From contig CM052816.1 of NCBI GenBank assembly GCA_028534125.1, forward strand, positions 95,544,001 through 95,608,000: 64,000 bases of DNA. The letters run 5' to 3'. Below the pieces are notes generated by a model, which saw only the letters and a program-made list of their open reading frames with translations, was not told where the DNA came from and did no database searches. Origin of the DNA: Lama glama (taxonomy: Eukaryota). This document shows, one piece after another, positions 50,401 through 62,712 of the stretch; position 1 is the first letter of the stretch, and each line of letters opens with the position of its first letter. The position numbers were made by a program, and so were the translations under genes.

Positions 50401-50850
50401 GACTTTTCAGAGACAGATTGTTTCTTGCAAATGTGGCTTTTTGTGTGATTCTTTACACCCACTCTTCCGTTCTGCCTCTTTCAATCAACTATGCTTCTGC
50501 CACTGACTCTGCTCACCTCCCATCTTTCACAACTACTGCTGTAGACAAGGGACACGTCTGATAATAAAGTGTCAGTGCTTCATCTTCAGGAAGTGCATCC
50601 TGGTGGCATTTTCTGAGTTCTGGCCAAGCTAGGTCCTCTTTCCATTCTCTGTGCTTTTCTTTTTATTTCCTTCTGTGTAGCTTCTGCTCAGTTTCAGTTG
50701 CATTTACCAGTCTTCACATATATTTTAAAGTCTGTTGATGATACTTTCAGTGAAGTTTTTGCATTGTCTTGGTAATGCTTCTTGTTTTATGATTTTGAGG
50801 AGGACAGTGAGAGGGATATAGACTTAAACAACCATGTTTACACTTGAAGT
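47500..50850 (-). mobile_element. Very old L1M/HAL1-like fragments
   Basis: Long T-rich degenerate tract with L1 ORF1-region motifs ('cctttatacttgaagga', 'ttgaatctcctttacctc', 'atctgaagacagactgattt'). Confidence 0.55.
48891..49091. mobile_element. Tigger2-derived MITE (MER8/MER2-like)
   Basis: TA|CAGTTG...CTGACGG|TA; internal 'ggattggttccagga...aaaatccaccgatgctcaagtc...cccatggatacagagggc'. Confidence 0.88.
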
Positions 50851-50859
50851 CTATCCATG

Positions 50860-53290
50860 TTTTTGTAAATAAATCTTTGATTTCGTTTTTCACATGTAAC
50901 TAAGCCATAGGCATTTACATTTTTTCTGTAAAATATGAGCTTAAGGTCTGATGTATATTTTTTCTAGTTGTCCCAATATCTTTTATTGAGTAATCTGCTC
51001 CTTGTTCCTTGTTTTGAAATGGTATATTTATCATATGCCACAATCTTATATTTTCTCTTTTTGGGATGTCTGTTCTTTCAGTTACTATTACCACAATATT
51101 TTAACACTGAATATTTATAACCTGCCTTTTGTACCTACCTTTTCAGAATTTATTTGCTATTTTTGCTGTTCTTCTAGATTTAATTCAGTAAGGTATATTT
51201 CGAATCTCCAAAATGGAAATACAATATGTATTATATACTGTGTTTTTTGAAATATGGAGTTCTTTCAATAGGAGAATAAAAATTTCTCTCTTTTGAAGCT
51301 GATATTCTATAAAGCGTCGTCTGAGAAATGCTGCTGTAGTATTTTAATGGTAAACATCCTGCTGGCTATTGGTTAGAAAGAAGTCATTTAATATGTTAAA
51401 GAAGTATTGGTCTATTCCTATTTTTCTAAATCTTTAAAAAAATCAGAAAGAAGATTAAATTTAACATCTATTGAGAAGAGTAATTTTCCTTCCTTGACCT
51501 GTGAATATAATGTATTATGTCCAGAATTTAATACTCACTATGAACCGTCTGTATTTATACCCCTATTGTAAATGATATGTGTTCAGGGCATATTATTATT
51601 TCAATATATTTCTAGATTTGAAATAATAGGATTTTTGCATCTATATTTGTGAGGTTTAGTTTGCAGTTATCTTTGTCATGTTTTGATTTAAGGTGGTTCA
51701 AACTTCTTAAAATAAAATGAAACACTTCTTTCTTCATTATTCTCTGAAACAGTTTAAGTCCGTGGATATTATCAGTTACTCAAGAGTTTGAAATAGCCTG
51801 CTGGGGAAGTCACACTGCCCCCGTGTGTCCTTGGGGCTGCTCTTTGACATAATGTTCAATATCTTCCACACTGCAAAGGTAACAACAGTGCCAGCCACCG
51901 AACTGCCAGGGTCATGATGCACCAATTCCAGTAATTAGGGGGTGGGAAGCTTCTTAATTTTTCTTAACTTCTCTGTCTTTATCTGAACAAACAGGCATAA
52001 TGACAAGACCTACATCACAAGGTTGATGAGCAGATTGATTGAGACAGTACAAACTGAAGACAGCCAAAGAGTGTCTGACACCAGCAATGCTGGATAAATG
52101 TTAGCTGCTTCCTTACTCTTGATGTATTCAGATTTGCTTCCCTTTCAAGAGTCAGTTTTAGGAAATAGACTATTTCTAGACAACTAACCACTTCACTGAG
52201 AGTTAAACATTTATTACAACACAGTGGTTCATAGTGTTTGCTTATGATTTTAAAAATCCGATTTTACATCGTGGTTGTGGTTCCTTTCCAATTCTTAATA
52301 ACGTGTGTTTGTGTTTTTCACTCGCTTTCCTTGACTAGCTTTGTTTGGGGTTTATTTCACTGGTCTTTTCAAATATTGGATATGTTTATCAATGCTATTG
52401 TCTTTCTGTCTTTCATTTCATTAATTTCTGTTTTTAGAGTCATTATATTTTTCGTCTTGTTTTTTCCGTTTTGCTGTTGTTGATGGTCCTCTAGTTTCTT
52501 GAGTATATTACTTATTTCATTGATTTCTATTCCTTCTTGTTTAGCAATAGAAACATATAAAGTTAGGAATTTGTCTCTAAGTGCTTAACATTAAATTAAT
52601 ATAAAGAAGCATTGGTAAACTAAGGTTACAAGCCAAATCCAGCCCGCGTCCTGTTTTTGTAAATAAAATTTTACTGGAACACACACACACCCATTCATTT
52701 GTGTGCTGTGTGTGGCTGCCTCACACTGCCACCACAGAACTGACAGTTGCACAGACACCTGTAGCCCATAAAACTTAACGTATTGACTGTGTGGCCCTTT
52801 ACAGAAAGAGTTTGCTGACCCCTATAGAAAGCATTTCATAGCTATTGATACATAATCTTGTCATTATTTTTTTCCTAAGTAATCTATAATTATAGACCCC
52901 ACAAGTTATCTAGGAAAGTGTTTTAATTTCCATGTGATTTGAATTTTCTTGCTTATGTTTTGTTAATTTCCAGTTTTATTGCATTTGGCCAGAGAATATT
53001 GCCTGTACAACTTCTTTTTCTTTTCATTTTTTCAGCTTGACTGAGCTTTCCTTTTATCGCCTACAAGTATGGCCAAATTTTGTAAATATTCTGAAGACAT
53101 TGACAGAGGAAGCATATTCTCTATAGAGAACAAAATTTGATATTTGGTGGCCTTATTCATTATACTTTTTGAATCCTAATTCTTTGGTCTGTGTAAAAAT
53201 TAAGAACTCAAGAGAAAGCCATGGTTGTGTTTTTTGTTTCTTCTTATATTTCGGATAGCTCTAGTTTGGCTTATTTTGATGCTGTGTTAT
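50860..53290 (-). mobile_element. Ancient L1ME ORF2 fragments, with embedded MIR (about 51940-52110)
   Basis: 'ggatttttgcatctatatttgtgag', 'tttccagttttattgcatttggccagagaatattgcctgtac'. Confidence 0.75.
52606..52824. mobile_element. MER58A (hAT-Charlie MITE)
   Basis: 'gccaaatccagcccg...tgtttttgtaaataaaattttactggaacac...tggccctttacagaaagagtttgctgacccct'. Confidence 0.92.
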
Positions 53291-53334
53291 TTACAAACAT
53301 TCTTGGGTGCAAACACGGCAAAAGCACAGGCTTA

Positions 53335-53650
53335 AAAGCACCAGCTCTCCAGAAGTTTGCTCTCTTGTGGCTCTAGGGACTCCTGCCACCACTGCCACAT
53401 GGCAGTCCCTGGCTAGTCTGCTGGATGAGGACATACATGGGGCCCATCCCCACTGCCCTGCTGACAGTCAGCCAACCCCCACTGCAGACCATGACAGCTG
53501 ATTACAAATGCAGAGTGAGCCTAGTTGAGACCCTCAGAAGAACTACCCTGCTGAGCCCAACCCAAATCACCAATTCACCGAATCGTGAGCTAAATGAATG
53601 ACTGTTGCACTAAATTTTAGCATAGTTGGCTGCATAGCAAAGACTAACGT
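53335..53650 (+). mobile_element. MLT1I/J-like LTR fragment
   Basis: 'ctggctagtctgctggatgag...cagaagaactaccctgctgagcccaacccaaat...gaatcgtgagctaaat...gcatagcaaagactaac'. Confidence 0.8.
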
Positions 53651-54044
53651 CTTCACTGTGAATTTTTCTTCCCCTTAACATAAATTGACTCTCTGTCCAA
53701 TGATAAATCTACCTATGTATTCTATTTTAACCATACTGTTTTGCTTCTATATTTTTAAATTTTATTTTAATTTTTTTTGTTGTTGGCATCATCATTTTAA
53801 AAATTAAAGTCTGAAAAAATTAAAATCTGCTTGATTTAGCTTTTTAAACATTTTTCTGTAAAAATTATATTTTTGTGTATATATAAGATGTACAAGATGG
53901 TGATTTGGTATACATATACATAATGAAACAAAAACTACTGCTGAGCTAGTTAACACGTCATCTCATAGAGTTACCTTCACCTTTTTTGGTTTTGGGTTAT
54001 TTATTTGCTTATATTTTTGGTGACGGGTACACCTGAGATCTATG

Positions 54045-54300
54045 GTGGATAGTCTCTGAGAGCTGAGGGTCTCAGTCATATAACCACAAGCAGCTTAATT
54101 CTGACAACGACCACCAGTGAGTTTGGAGAAGCCCCCAAGCCTCAGCTTAGATCACAGCCCTGGCTGACACCTTAATTTAGCCTAACGTGAGACTGAGCGT
54201 AGGACCCAGGTAATCCCCCGGCCCATGGAAACTGAGGCAGTAAGTGTGTGCCATTTTAAACAGCAAGTTTGTAGCCTTTGTCACACAGAAATTGCTAGCA
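54045..54300 (+). mobile_element. MLT1E-like LTR 3' part (preceded by an L1 3' scrap at 53830-54040)
   Basis: 'gagctgagggtctcagtcatataaccacaagcagcttaattctgacaac...cagccctggctgacacctt...cccatggaaactgag'. Confidence 0.8.
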
Positions 54301-55529
54301 ATGACATCTCCCTGCTTCTAAATAATATGCTTTTGTTGCTCCATATGGGCTTGTTAATTTTAGGCATCATACAGGACTTCTTTCTCTGATGGGTGAAGAG
54401 TGGTTCACTTATAACACTCATCTCATCTCCCTATTTCTTCCTCATTAGAGTTTGAACAATGGGCTAATAAGCAGGCTACTTGATTTCTTCTTCGCCCCAA
54501 GAATGAGTCTTAACTGGGTTTTGTAGCCCAAGGCCTTCTCAGGTTTATCTTTTCCTGGTTGGAGATGAGAAACAGTTCTATTTTCTAACCTGCAAATCCT
54601 GGAATTTATGGCCTCTCCAAACTCGCTTTCCATTCTGCTTGCAAAAATGGCCATTTCTTCTATGAGCTTATTTCTTTCTTATTGTGCCTTATCAAAAGCA
54701 ACCATTAGCAAATATCCAGTGTTACCAACCTTCTGCCTTCCCATTTTGCTAAAACCACAAGTTCATGAGTGACACTCCCTGCCTCCTGGATTATCTCAGG
54801 TGAGAGTTTTATCAAATGCATAAAAATTCTCTAATATCAGCGTTTTTTTGGTCACTTGCCACTGCACCCATGCACATACATTTTGTGTTTTATTACAGTG
54901 GCACTTAACTTCCAGTATCAGTCTTCGAATTGTTATAAGAATCAACACCAAAACTAAATAATCAAACCTGTGGCTTATAATCACAAAGGTTAATGTCTGT
55001 GGAAGTGACTGTGGGCTGGTAGGGGGTCTGCTCCATGGGTCTCCTTCATTCTAGGATCCAGGTCCAAAGGGCAGCCCCTCTCTGAGAGCTAAGTACACAG
55101 TGGTTTCATGCCATGAATCTTAAAGCTTTACTTGAAAAGGCCACGTGTCACCTCTGTTTACATTTTATTGCCCAAAGGAAGCCACATGGCCGAGTTTGTT
55201 CTCAGTGGGTCAGGCATGCATAATCCCCCCTCGGGGAGGGGCAACACATACCTACCCCGACATCATAGCCAGCGTTGACAGACTGAGAGAAGACATTTGT
55301 GAAACACACAATCGATGAATGATTAGTTGCTTGAGTATTTAAAGAACACCTGTAAGTCAACAAGGAAAAGGCAGGAAACCAACAGAAACACGGCAAAGGG
55401 CGAGGAGAGGCAATGCAAGGCCGAGAAACCAAAGGCCTGTAGGCCGTCTCATCAGCAATCAGAGAAATGGAGATTAAATCAAGGTGCCCATCCCATTGTC
55501 AAAAACTATGGAGTTGGAAAATATCAAGT

Positions 55530-56118
55530 TTTTTTTTTTATTGAAGTATAGTCAGTTTCTGGTGTACAGCATAATGTTTCAGTCATACATATACATACAT
55601 ACATATATATATATATATTTGTTTTCGTATTCTTTTTCACTATAGGTTACTGCAAGATACTGAATATAGTTCCCTGTGCTATACAGAAGAGATTTGTTTT
55701 TTTATCTGTTTTATATATAGCAGTTAATATTTGCACATCTCGAACTCCCAACTTATTCCTTCCCACCCCCTTTCCTTTCCTCCTGGTTAACCATAAGTTT
55801 GTTTTCTATGTCTGTGAATCTGTTTCTGTTCTGTAAATAAGTTCATTTGTCTTTTTTCTTTTAGATTCCATGTGTAAGTGATATCATATGGTATTTTTCT
55901 TTCTCTTTCTGGCTGACTTCACTTAGAATGATGATCACCAGATCCATCCATGTTTCTGCAAATGGCATTATTTCATTAATTTTTATGGCTGAGTAGTATT
56001 CCATTGTATGTATATACGACAGGTTTTTTATCCAGTCAACTGTCAATGGACATTTAGGTTGTTTCCATGTCTTGGCTATTGTAAATAGTGCTGCTATGGA
56101 CACTGGGGTGCATGTATC
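55530..56118 (-). mobile_element. Younger L1 3' end inserted in an old L1ME fragment
   Basis: Frame reads [24 protein letters not shown]...MEYYSAIK...YHMISLTHGI. A 15-bp TSD lies at 55515-55529 and 56119-56133. Confidence 0.96.
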
Positions 56119-56582
56119 TGGAAAATATTGAGTACTAACTTGAACACAAGGAACTCTCTGTGTCCTGCTGGTGAGAGTGTAGACTGGGGCAGCTGTGAGG
56201 TAGATTAATTGGGAGGTAATAAGTGAAATGGGCACAGAGTGAAATGATGCATGCATTCTGATTGGAAAGGTCTAGCTCTGTGGGGTTATCATCACATCAT
56301 CTTTCTACTTTCACTCCTCCCTCTACATACTGTCCTTCGCTGAGGAGCAGAGTTCATTCCACCAGATCGTAAGATCTGAAGGGGTGGGGCCATGTCTGGT
56401 TTTCTCACCACTGCATCCCCTGCATCTGGTACAGAGCTTGTCAGAGGTGGACACTTTATATGTGTTTGGTAAATAGAAGCATGTTTTTTTAAACATTTAA
56501 ACTGAGGTCTTTCCTCCTCTAGGGCAGGAAGGCAAGGATTTGCCATTGTACCCTTATGCTGTCTGAGTACTCCTTTGAGATC

Positions 56583-56990
56583 TGTTTCAGACTGAATTGT
56601 GTTTTCCCCTCCTCCCCCAATTAATATATTAAAACCCTGAGCGTCAATGTGACTGTATTGGAGATGGGGCCTTTAGAGAGTTATCTAAGGTTAAATGAGG
56701 TTGTAAGGATGAGGCCCTAATCCAATGGGGCTGGTGTCTTCATAAGAAGAGGATAAGACACTGGTGAGCTCTCTCCTTCTCTCTGCACAGACGCACAGGG
56801 AAGAGACCAGGTGAGGACACAGTGGGAAGGGGGCTGTCTGCAAATCAGAAAGGAAGGCCTCACCAGACACCAACCCTGACGGCACCTTGTCCTTGGATTT
56901 CCTGCCTCCAGAACTGTGTGCAAATAAATTTCTAGTGTGTAAGCCACCCAGCGTGCAACAGTTTGTCACGGCAGCCCAAGCCGACTAACA
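56583..56990 (+). mobile_element. MLT1A/B-like solo LTR
   Basis: 'tgtttcagactgaattgtg...aatgtgactgtattggagatggggcctt...cctccagaactgtgtgcaaataaatttct...gcagcccaagccgactaaca'. Confidence 0.92.
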
Positions 56991-57539
56991 GAGGATCCAG
57001 TGTATTGTCCCATAGGAACCTGCCTCTTTTGGTCTGACATGCACTTCCTGACAGTGACCGTACCCAGGTGGAAAGACATCCAGCTGCCCAGGTCTCTCCT
57101 CTGGATCAGAATTTGCTAAAATGGAAATATAGTTTTGGAAGCTTCCTGTTGGAGGTGGATGGGAACTTGATAGCACAAAGTGCACCAACCTGTCTTAGCA
57201 ATGGTTTGAAGTGGTTGAATGATTTCAGGGTATGTAGGATGGGATAGGGAAGTCTCGGATCACCCACTTCTTGGCGGTTGGAGTCACGGCTGAATTGAGC
57301 AAACATATTCAGAAAGTCTCAAAGCCAATCTGAGAACAAAGCATTAAGTATTTTTAACATTATCTTAAAAAGTAGCACTGAGTGTGCCAGGCCCATGGTC
57401 CAGCGTTTCTTTGCCTGATTTGGGGGTTGGGCTCTTTTTGGTCAGGGGCAGCTGCTGTTCCCGGTGGTCCAGGATGCTTCCGACCCCATCTCCTCTGAAT
57501 TCTCAGAGCACTGGTGTGTGTCCCAGTGTCTCCAGCCAG

Positions 57540-57670
57540 GTGTGCACTGCAACCCTCTGGACCCTCTCTTGCAGATCCTGGTGTATTTGGGGTGGACTTG
57601 GGCTTCTGTCTTTTTAAGCAAACCTCCTAATTGATCCTGAAGTGGCACTGCAATTTGAGAACAACTGGGG
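57540..57670. mobile_element. MER5-like fragment
   Basis: 'tgcagatcctgg...tctttttaagcaaacctcctaattgatcctga...tttgagaacaactg'. Confidence 0.6.
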
Positions 57671-59219
57671 TATAACATGCTAGCACTTAATTCTATTTTG
57701 TTGTGTTATTCTTGACTGTTGTTTCTTGTGTTTTAGTAATGAATTCTCAACCAGTTTTGCAATCCTTGGCGGGCAGATAATATATTTCGATTTTCTGTTT
57801 ATCCCTCATAGCCCTTGTAACAGGCCTGTAACAGGCCCTCAGCAAATACCTGTGAATGTAGCTGGCAAGACTAGTCTAATGACTGAAAGCACTTTCCTTT
57901 GCTCAGAGAAACTCTGTCTTTCTTGTGGGTGCTGGATCTTTGGTCATACGTTTCTCAACTATTTCTTTCGGATTCCTGCTTGCCACTCCAGGGTCCCTAT
58001 CCTGATCTCTGTATCACCTGGTGCGCCCAGACTTTTCACAGGCATCACTGGGCTTTTTCAGGTGGGCTTGAGTGGTCTGCGGCTGGCCCTGGCCGTCAAG
58101 GATCTTGGTGAGCACTGAGGTGCTAGGACAGACAGAGAGCATGTCTTTCTTAGACGGCCTGTTGACCAGGCTTCGTCTGTCTCTGGTGCCCCGTTGGTGG
58201 GCCGAGTCCAGACGTGTGCTGTGCCTGGTCCTGCTCCCGGGTTGCCCTTCTTCATGCGGCAGCCGGGGCCGGGTCAGGCCGCGGTCACTCCCCACAGCAG
58301 GAATGGCTGCCCTGTCAGGAATTGCGCCTCCTTATTCCACCGCAGCCTTGGGGCCCCTCCTGGTGACGGTGCCCTTGATGCCACGTTTCCTTCAGGCAGC
58401 TCTCATGAGGCACGGCATGGACTCCCACAATTTACGATGAAATCCTGAGTTTGTCCTAGGATGGCCGGTGACCTTCCCTTGCCTGTCTCCAAGCTGGATG
58501 TTGGGTAAGGAAGCATTCCAAGAATGTTCTTAGCCTGCTCTGAGAAGCTCTTCTATTCTTCTAACTATGGTTACCTTCACTCCAGCACAGACACAAGAAG
58601 AAACATACACTGAAGTAGCCTTGGGAAAGAGTTTGTCTACCAATCTACCGATATTCAACAAGCCATCCAAATGATGATTATTGGGATAAACAGTTCTTCT
58701 GGGACAAAGTTACTTTTGTTGTGGAGCTTTGTAGTAATGAGGTATCATATGTTTGAGCCCCCATTCAGATTAAGTCATGACTAGGGAGTATCAAATAGGA
58801 TATTGATTCCCTATGGGAAACAGGGTGGGTCAAGGGGAGGGGAAGGTCTGGTCCTGGATTCTGCAGAACAGGGAGCTAAGGGAGATGCTAAAGAAAACTT
58901 TCTTTTGGGGGGAAGTGGGGAAAGGAGTTAGAGTAACAACTGACCACCAGCTGCTGTCGACCAGAACCCAAGTGACTGGATAGAAAGGAAGAAGATATGC
59001 CTGAGGTATAGAATTTGAGCCACCAGGGTAGGAAAACCAGGTTCCGTATGAAGTGTCCACCTGGAGAGTCTGCCCAGATGCAGACAAGAAATAATGGGCT
59101 ACAGAGCATGTGGTCCTACCTACGGCTGGGAGGTAGCTCTGCAGTCTTTCCAGTGCTTACGTCCGATTTCAGTTGATTGTCCCAAAATGACAGTGAGGTA
59201 GTTGGAGCAGGCGGTGGTG

Positions 59220-59630
59220 TCCCTGTATAGCTTTTGCTGGTTAACAATCCAGTCTGAGTTATTTATTCTCAAGGTTGCCTTTGCTCGTCTCAGTCACATT
59301 TGTTCCTGTGGAACAGGAGTTGGCTTGAGAGATGTGGCTGGGCACACCTGGCTCTGCTCCATGCATCTCTCACCCTCCTCAGGGGGCTAGAGCCCAGGCG
59401 TGTTGTTCCCATGGTGACAGCAGAAGCTCAAGAAAGCAAGTTTCCAGAAACGTGCAAGGCCTCTTGGGCTAGGCCTGGAACCGATGCACTCTGTTGTGTT
59501 CTTCCTGTTGTGTTCTGTTGACCAAGGCCAATGGCCAAATCTAGAGTCAGACTGGGAGAGTGTTATCAAGTTACTTGGTAAAGGGTGAAGATACAAGAGG
59601 GCTGAAGAAATGGGCCATCAGTGCACCAAC
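59220..59630 (-). mobile_element. MLT1H/I-like LTR fragment
   Basis: 'ggctctgctccatgcatctctcaccctcc...catggtgacagcagaagctcaagaaagcaag...gcaaggcctcttgggctaggcctggaac'. Confidence 0.75.
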
Positions 59631-61507
59631 CACTGCCCCCCTTTTTACAAATACCAAAACAAAGGCTTAGAGATGAAGTGACTTCCTCAGGGTCTACAGC
59701 AGCTGGTGGTCAGGCTGGGATGAAATCCGTGCCACCCACCTATCTAACGTGGTCTTAAATTACAAACAGGACTCATATGGGAACAGTGGGTTGCTTATGG
59801 TTCTGTTACACTGCCTGGTGGCCGTGAGCACTTGAATAAATTCTCTGGAAAATAAATTCAATTTAAAAAAAAGTATTGGCTGTCAAAATCTGATTTCCTG
59901 GTTGAATGAAATGGCTTTGTTGTTCAGATCCTTTGGGTCTAAATTTATTTTACATGAATTTATTTGAGAAATTGATTACAATTCCCCCTCCATTTGGTTC
60001 TGTGGGTTGTGTAATTGGAAGCTTAGAGAGAAAAGACAGAAGTGACTTTAAACGATTTACATATCCCACTATAATTTGTAGAAGGGTAAAAATAAAGGAG
60101 GCTTTAGGTAAGATGGGCTGCATTAGACTCTTTTTTAGGTTTAACTTTCTTTGTTCTTTTCTGACGCCAATGCCCATTGGGCCTTTTATCTGTTACTTTT
60201 GAAAAACAAACTCAAAGGGCTTTGGCTGCTTGCTGCTCCCCACACCCCTCCCCCCCTTTACAGGCTACAGCACACATCGCTCTAGGAGAAGTTTGAGGCT
60301 GTGCACGATCTTCGCCACGTGCCGTTCCAGATGAATCCTCCTGTCTCTCTCTGTGTCTCTTGCTGTCAGTGATGGAGATATCGATACAGTCAAGTTTCAG
60401 GTTGTTGTCAGATGATTTTCACTCACTCCAAACCTATTAGGAGTTCCACTCCAGAGGAATGTCTTTGGGGATTTGGGCCAAATCTCTGGCACCAGAACAT
60501 CCCGATTGCAAAAGATCTTACCTGGGGGGCAAGCACTCCATTTATAACAACGGACAGAAGACAACATTTGGGAAATATGGACTTAAAAGTGAACTTATTG
60601 GAGATGGACCAGGCTGGGGAAATGACTAATGATAAGGGCACCTGTGACACTCAGGTTTTGGGTTGAGGCCCCTGGGAAAGTGTGGCTCCTTCCACAGGGC
60701 AGCCGCGGGGCGGCTGTGGCAACGTTGTTGGCTTCCAGACGTGTGGGCCTCCATGTTGCTTTAGAGAAATGAGCTCCTTTACTGGTCAGAGTTCTTTAGT
60801 ACCAATCAAGGCCATCAGCATTGGTTCCTGGGACCCGCAATGCTACTTGTCCTTTTCTATGTGGTCTTTATGTTATCACTACTGCTGTGGTGATAGTCAG
60901 CATGGGGGTACACGTATGCAGGAGGAGGGGAGTGTGACATAGGACAAGCTTGCCATTTGCAGCTTGACTTCTGAGCTTTTTTTCCTATTCTGTCCCCACT
61001 CCTTATTCTCTCGTGCTTCTGGCTCCCCCATTTCCTGGCGGGGGAGCTTTGTGTCTTGTTTCTATACTTTCCCTTGGGCTTAATGCGTGGTCCATTTTCC
61101 TGACTGTGACTTTGTCCCTCCTGGCAGTGACTCTGGTCATGCACCCTTACCTCTGCTGCCGTTGGCTGCCTTGCACAGCCACACCCCCTGCCTGAACAGC
61201 TAGGGGACCCTCCCGATTCAAGGAGGTGTTCTCATTAGACCCTAATGTGTCCAGGTCTGGTGAGGCACAACTGGACATCTCTGATATTTGTGTCCAAAAA
61301 TGGTCCTTGTCCAGGAGCCTGTAACACCAGCATTCTTTCTTACATTTCAGAACCCCCTTTGCATCTTTGCTTTGCACACACACCCTATTATCTACACTTA
61401 CAGTGTGAAAAAAAAAATAAGAAAACCCAAACAAAAAAAGAATAGAAAAAGCATTTTCAGATTAAAGAATTGTGTCATAGACATACTCAAAACTTGAAAT
61501 TTTAGCT

Positions 61508-61559
61508 TCGAATGGAATCTTTCTTTCTCCCCATCGAATGGAATCTGTCTTTCTCCCCA
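61508..61559. repeat. 26-bp tandem duplication (1 mismatch) at the edge of a MIR
   Basis: tcgaatggaatctttctttctcccca / tcgaatggaatctgtctttctcccca. Confidence 0.95.
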
Positions 61560-62319
61560 TTTTAAAGATGAGTTAACTGAGCATCAAAGAGATGTGCAGG
61601 GAGAAGCTCCCAGCTCACGGGGTGACTGTTGGCAGAACCTGGCTCGGACCTTGGCTCAGAACAACTTCAAGAAGTGTCCTTCCCCCCATACCACAAGGCT
61701 GGACCTATAGAAAAGGCTTTGGTTTGACCTGCCTGTTTATTTTATATTTGAGCATGAGCACATAATAAGGGAAAGATGCAATCATTTTTTAGGGTCTGTT
61801 TTTATGACACATACATGTATTAATTGAGATGCTTTCCTAAATAGAATAGTGTTTTTCTGATCTTAGGAAATGACATGTTGAGGCTCTTTTCAAGCAGGAC
61901 TCCTCCAGTGCTAAAATCGTATGTAAACGTTTGCTGAATATTTAATATCAATGGTTAATTTTTAACCATCGATTTTTGGCTGCTATTAATTATCATCATT
62001 ATTTATCAAAAGAGCATTAGAGACATCTAGGATAGTTTAGGAGAAGTAGGAAGTCATTATGGAAGGTCAAGGGCAAGCTGGCTCCATTCCCTCTGGTTAT
62101 GTTCCAAGTGTGCCGGAAGATATGCGGAACTGAGTCATCCAGAGAGACAAGCATTCCAGGGGAGTGGCCACTGAACCCGTGGTGAGCCGCCCATGGGTTA
62201 GTTGACTTCGTTGAATTTTTAGAAGATGAGACTTTAATGAATTCCAGATGGGGAGATTATTAGTCCTTCAGTGTTTTAAGTCTTCTTTACAGAGCATGTG
62301 GCATAGCACTATATTTGCA

Positions 62320-62712
62320 TTCGTTGGAGAAACAGGATATATGTATAATTGGAAAGAGATTTAATATAAGGAATTGACCCACGTGGTTATGGAAGCTAAC
62401 AAGTTCCAAGATCTGAAGTCAACAAGCTGGGGACCCAGGGGAGTCTCAAGACTGGCACACTTGAGACCCAAAGGGAGCAGATGTTTCAGTTTGAGTCTGA
62501 AGGCAGGGAAAGAATGATGTCTCAGCCTGAAGGCAGTCAGGCAGGAAGAGTTTCCCTTATTTGAGGTTAAGATCAGCTTCTTTGCTCTATTCAGACCTTC
62601 AACTGATTAGATGAGACCCACCCACATTAGGAAGAGTTATCTGCTTTAGTCAGTCTACCAATTCAAATATGAATCTCATTCACCCTTTCAGACACATCCA
62701 AGATAATGTCAA
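62320..62712 (-). mobile_element. MLT2B-like (ERV-L) LTR
   Basis: 'gagatttaatataaggaattgacccacgtggttatggaagct...ctattcagaccttcaactgattagatgagacccacccacattagg...gtctaccaattcaaat'. Confidence 0.9.
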
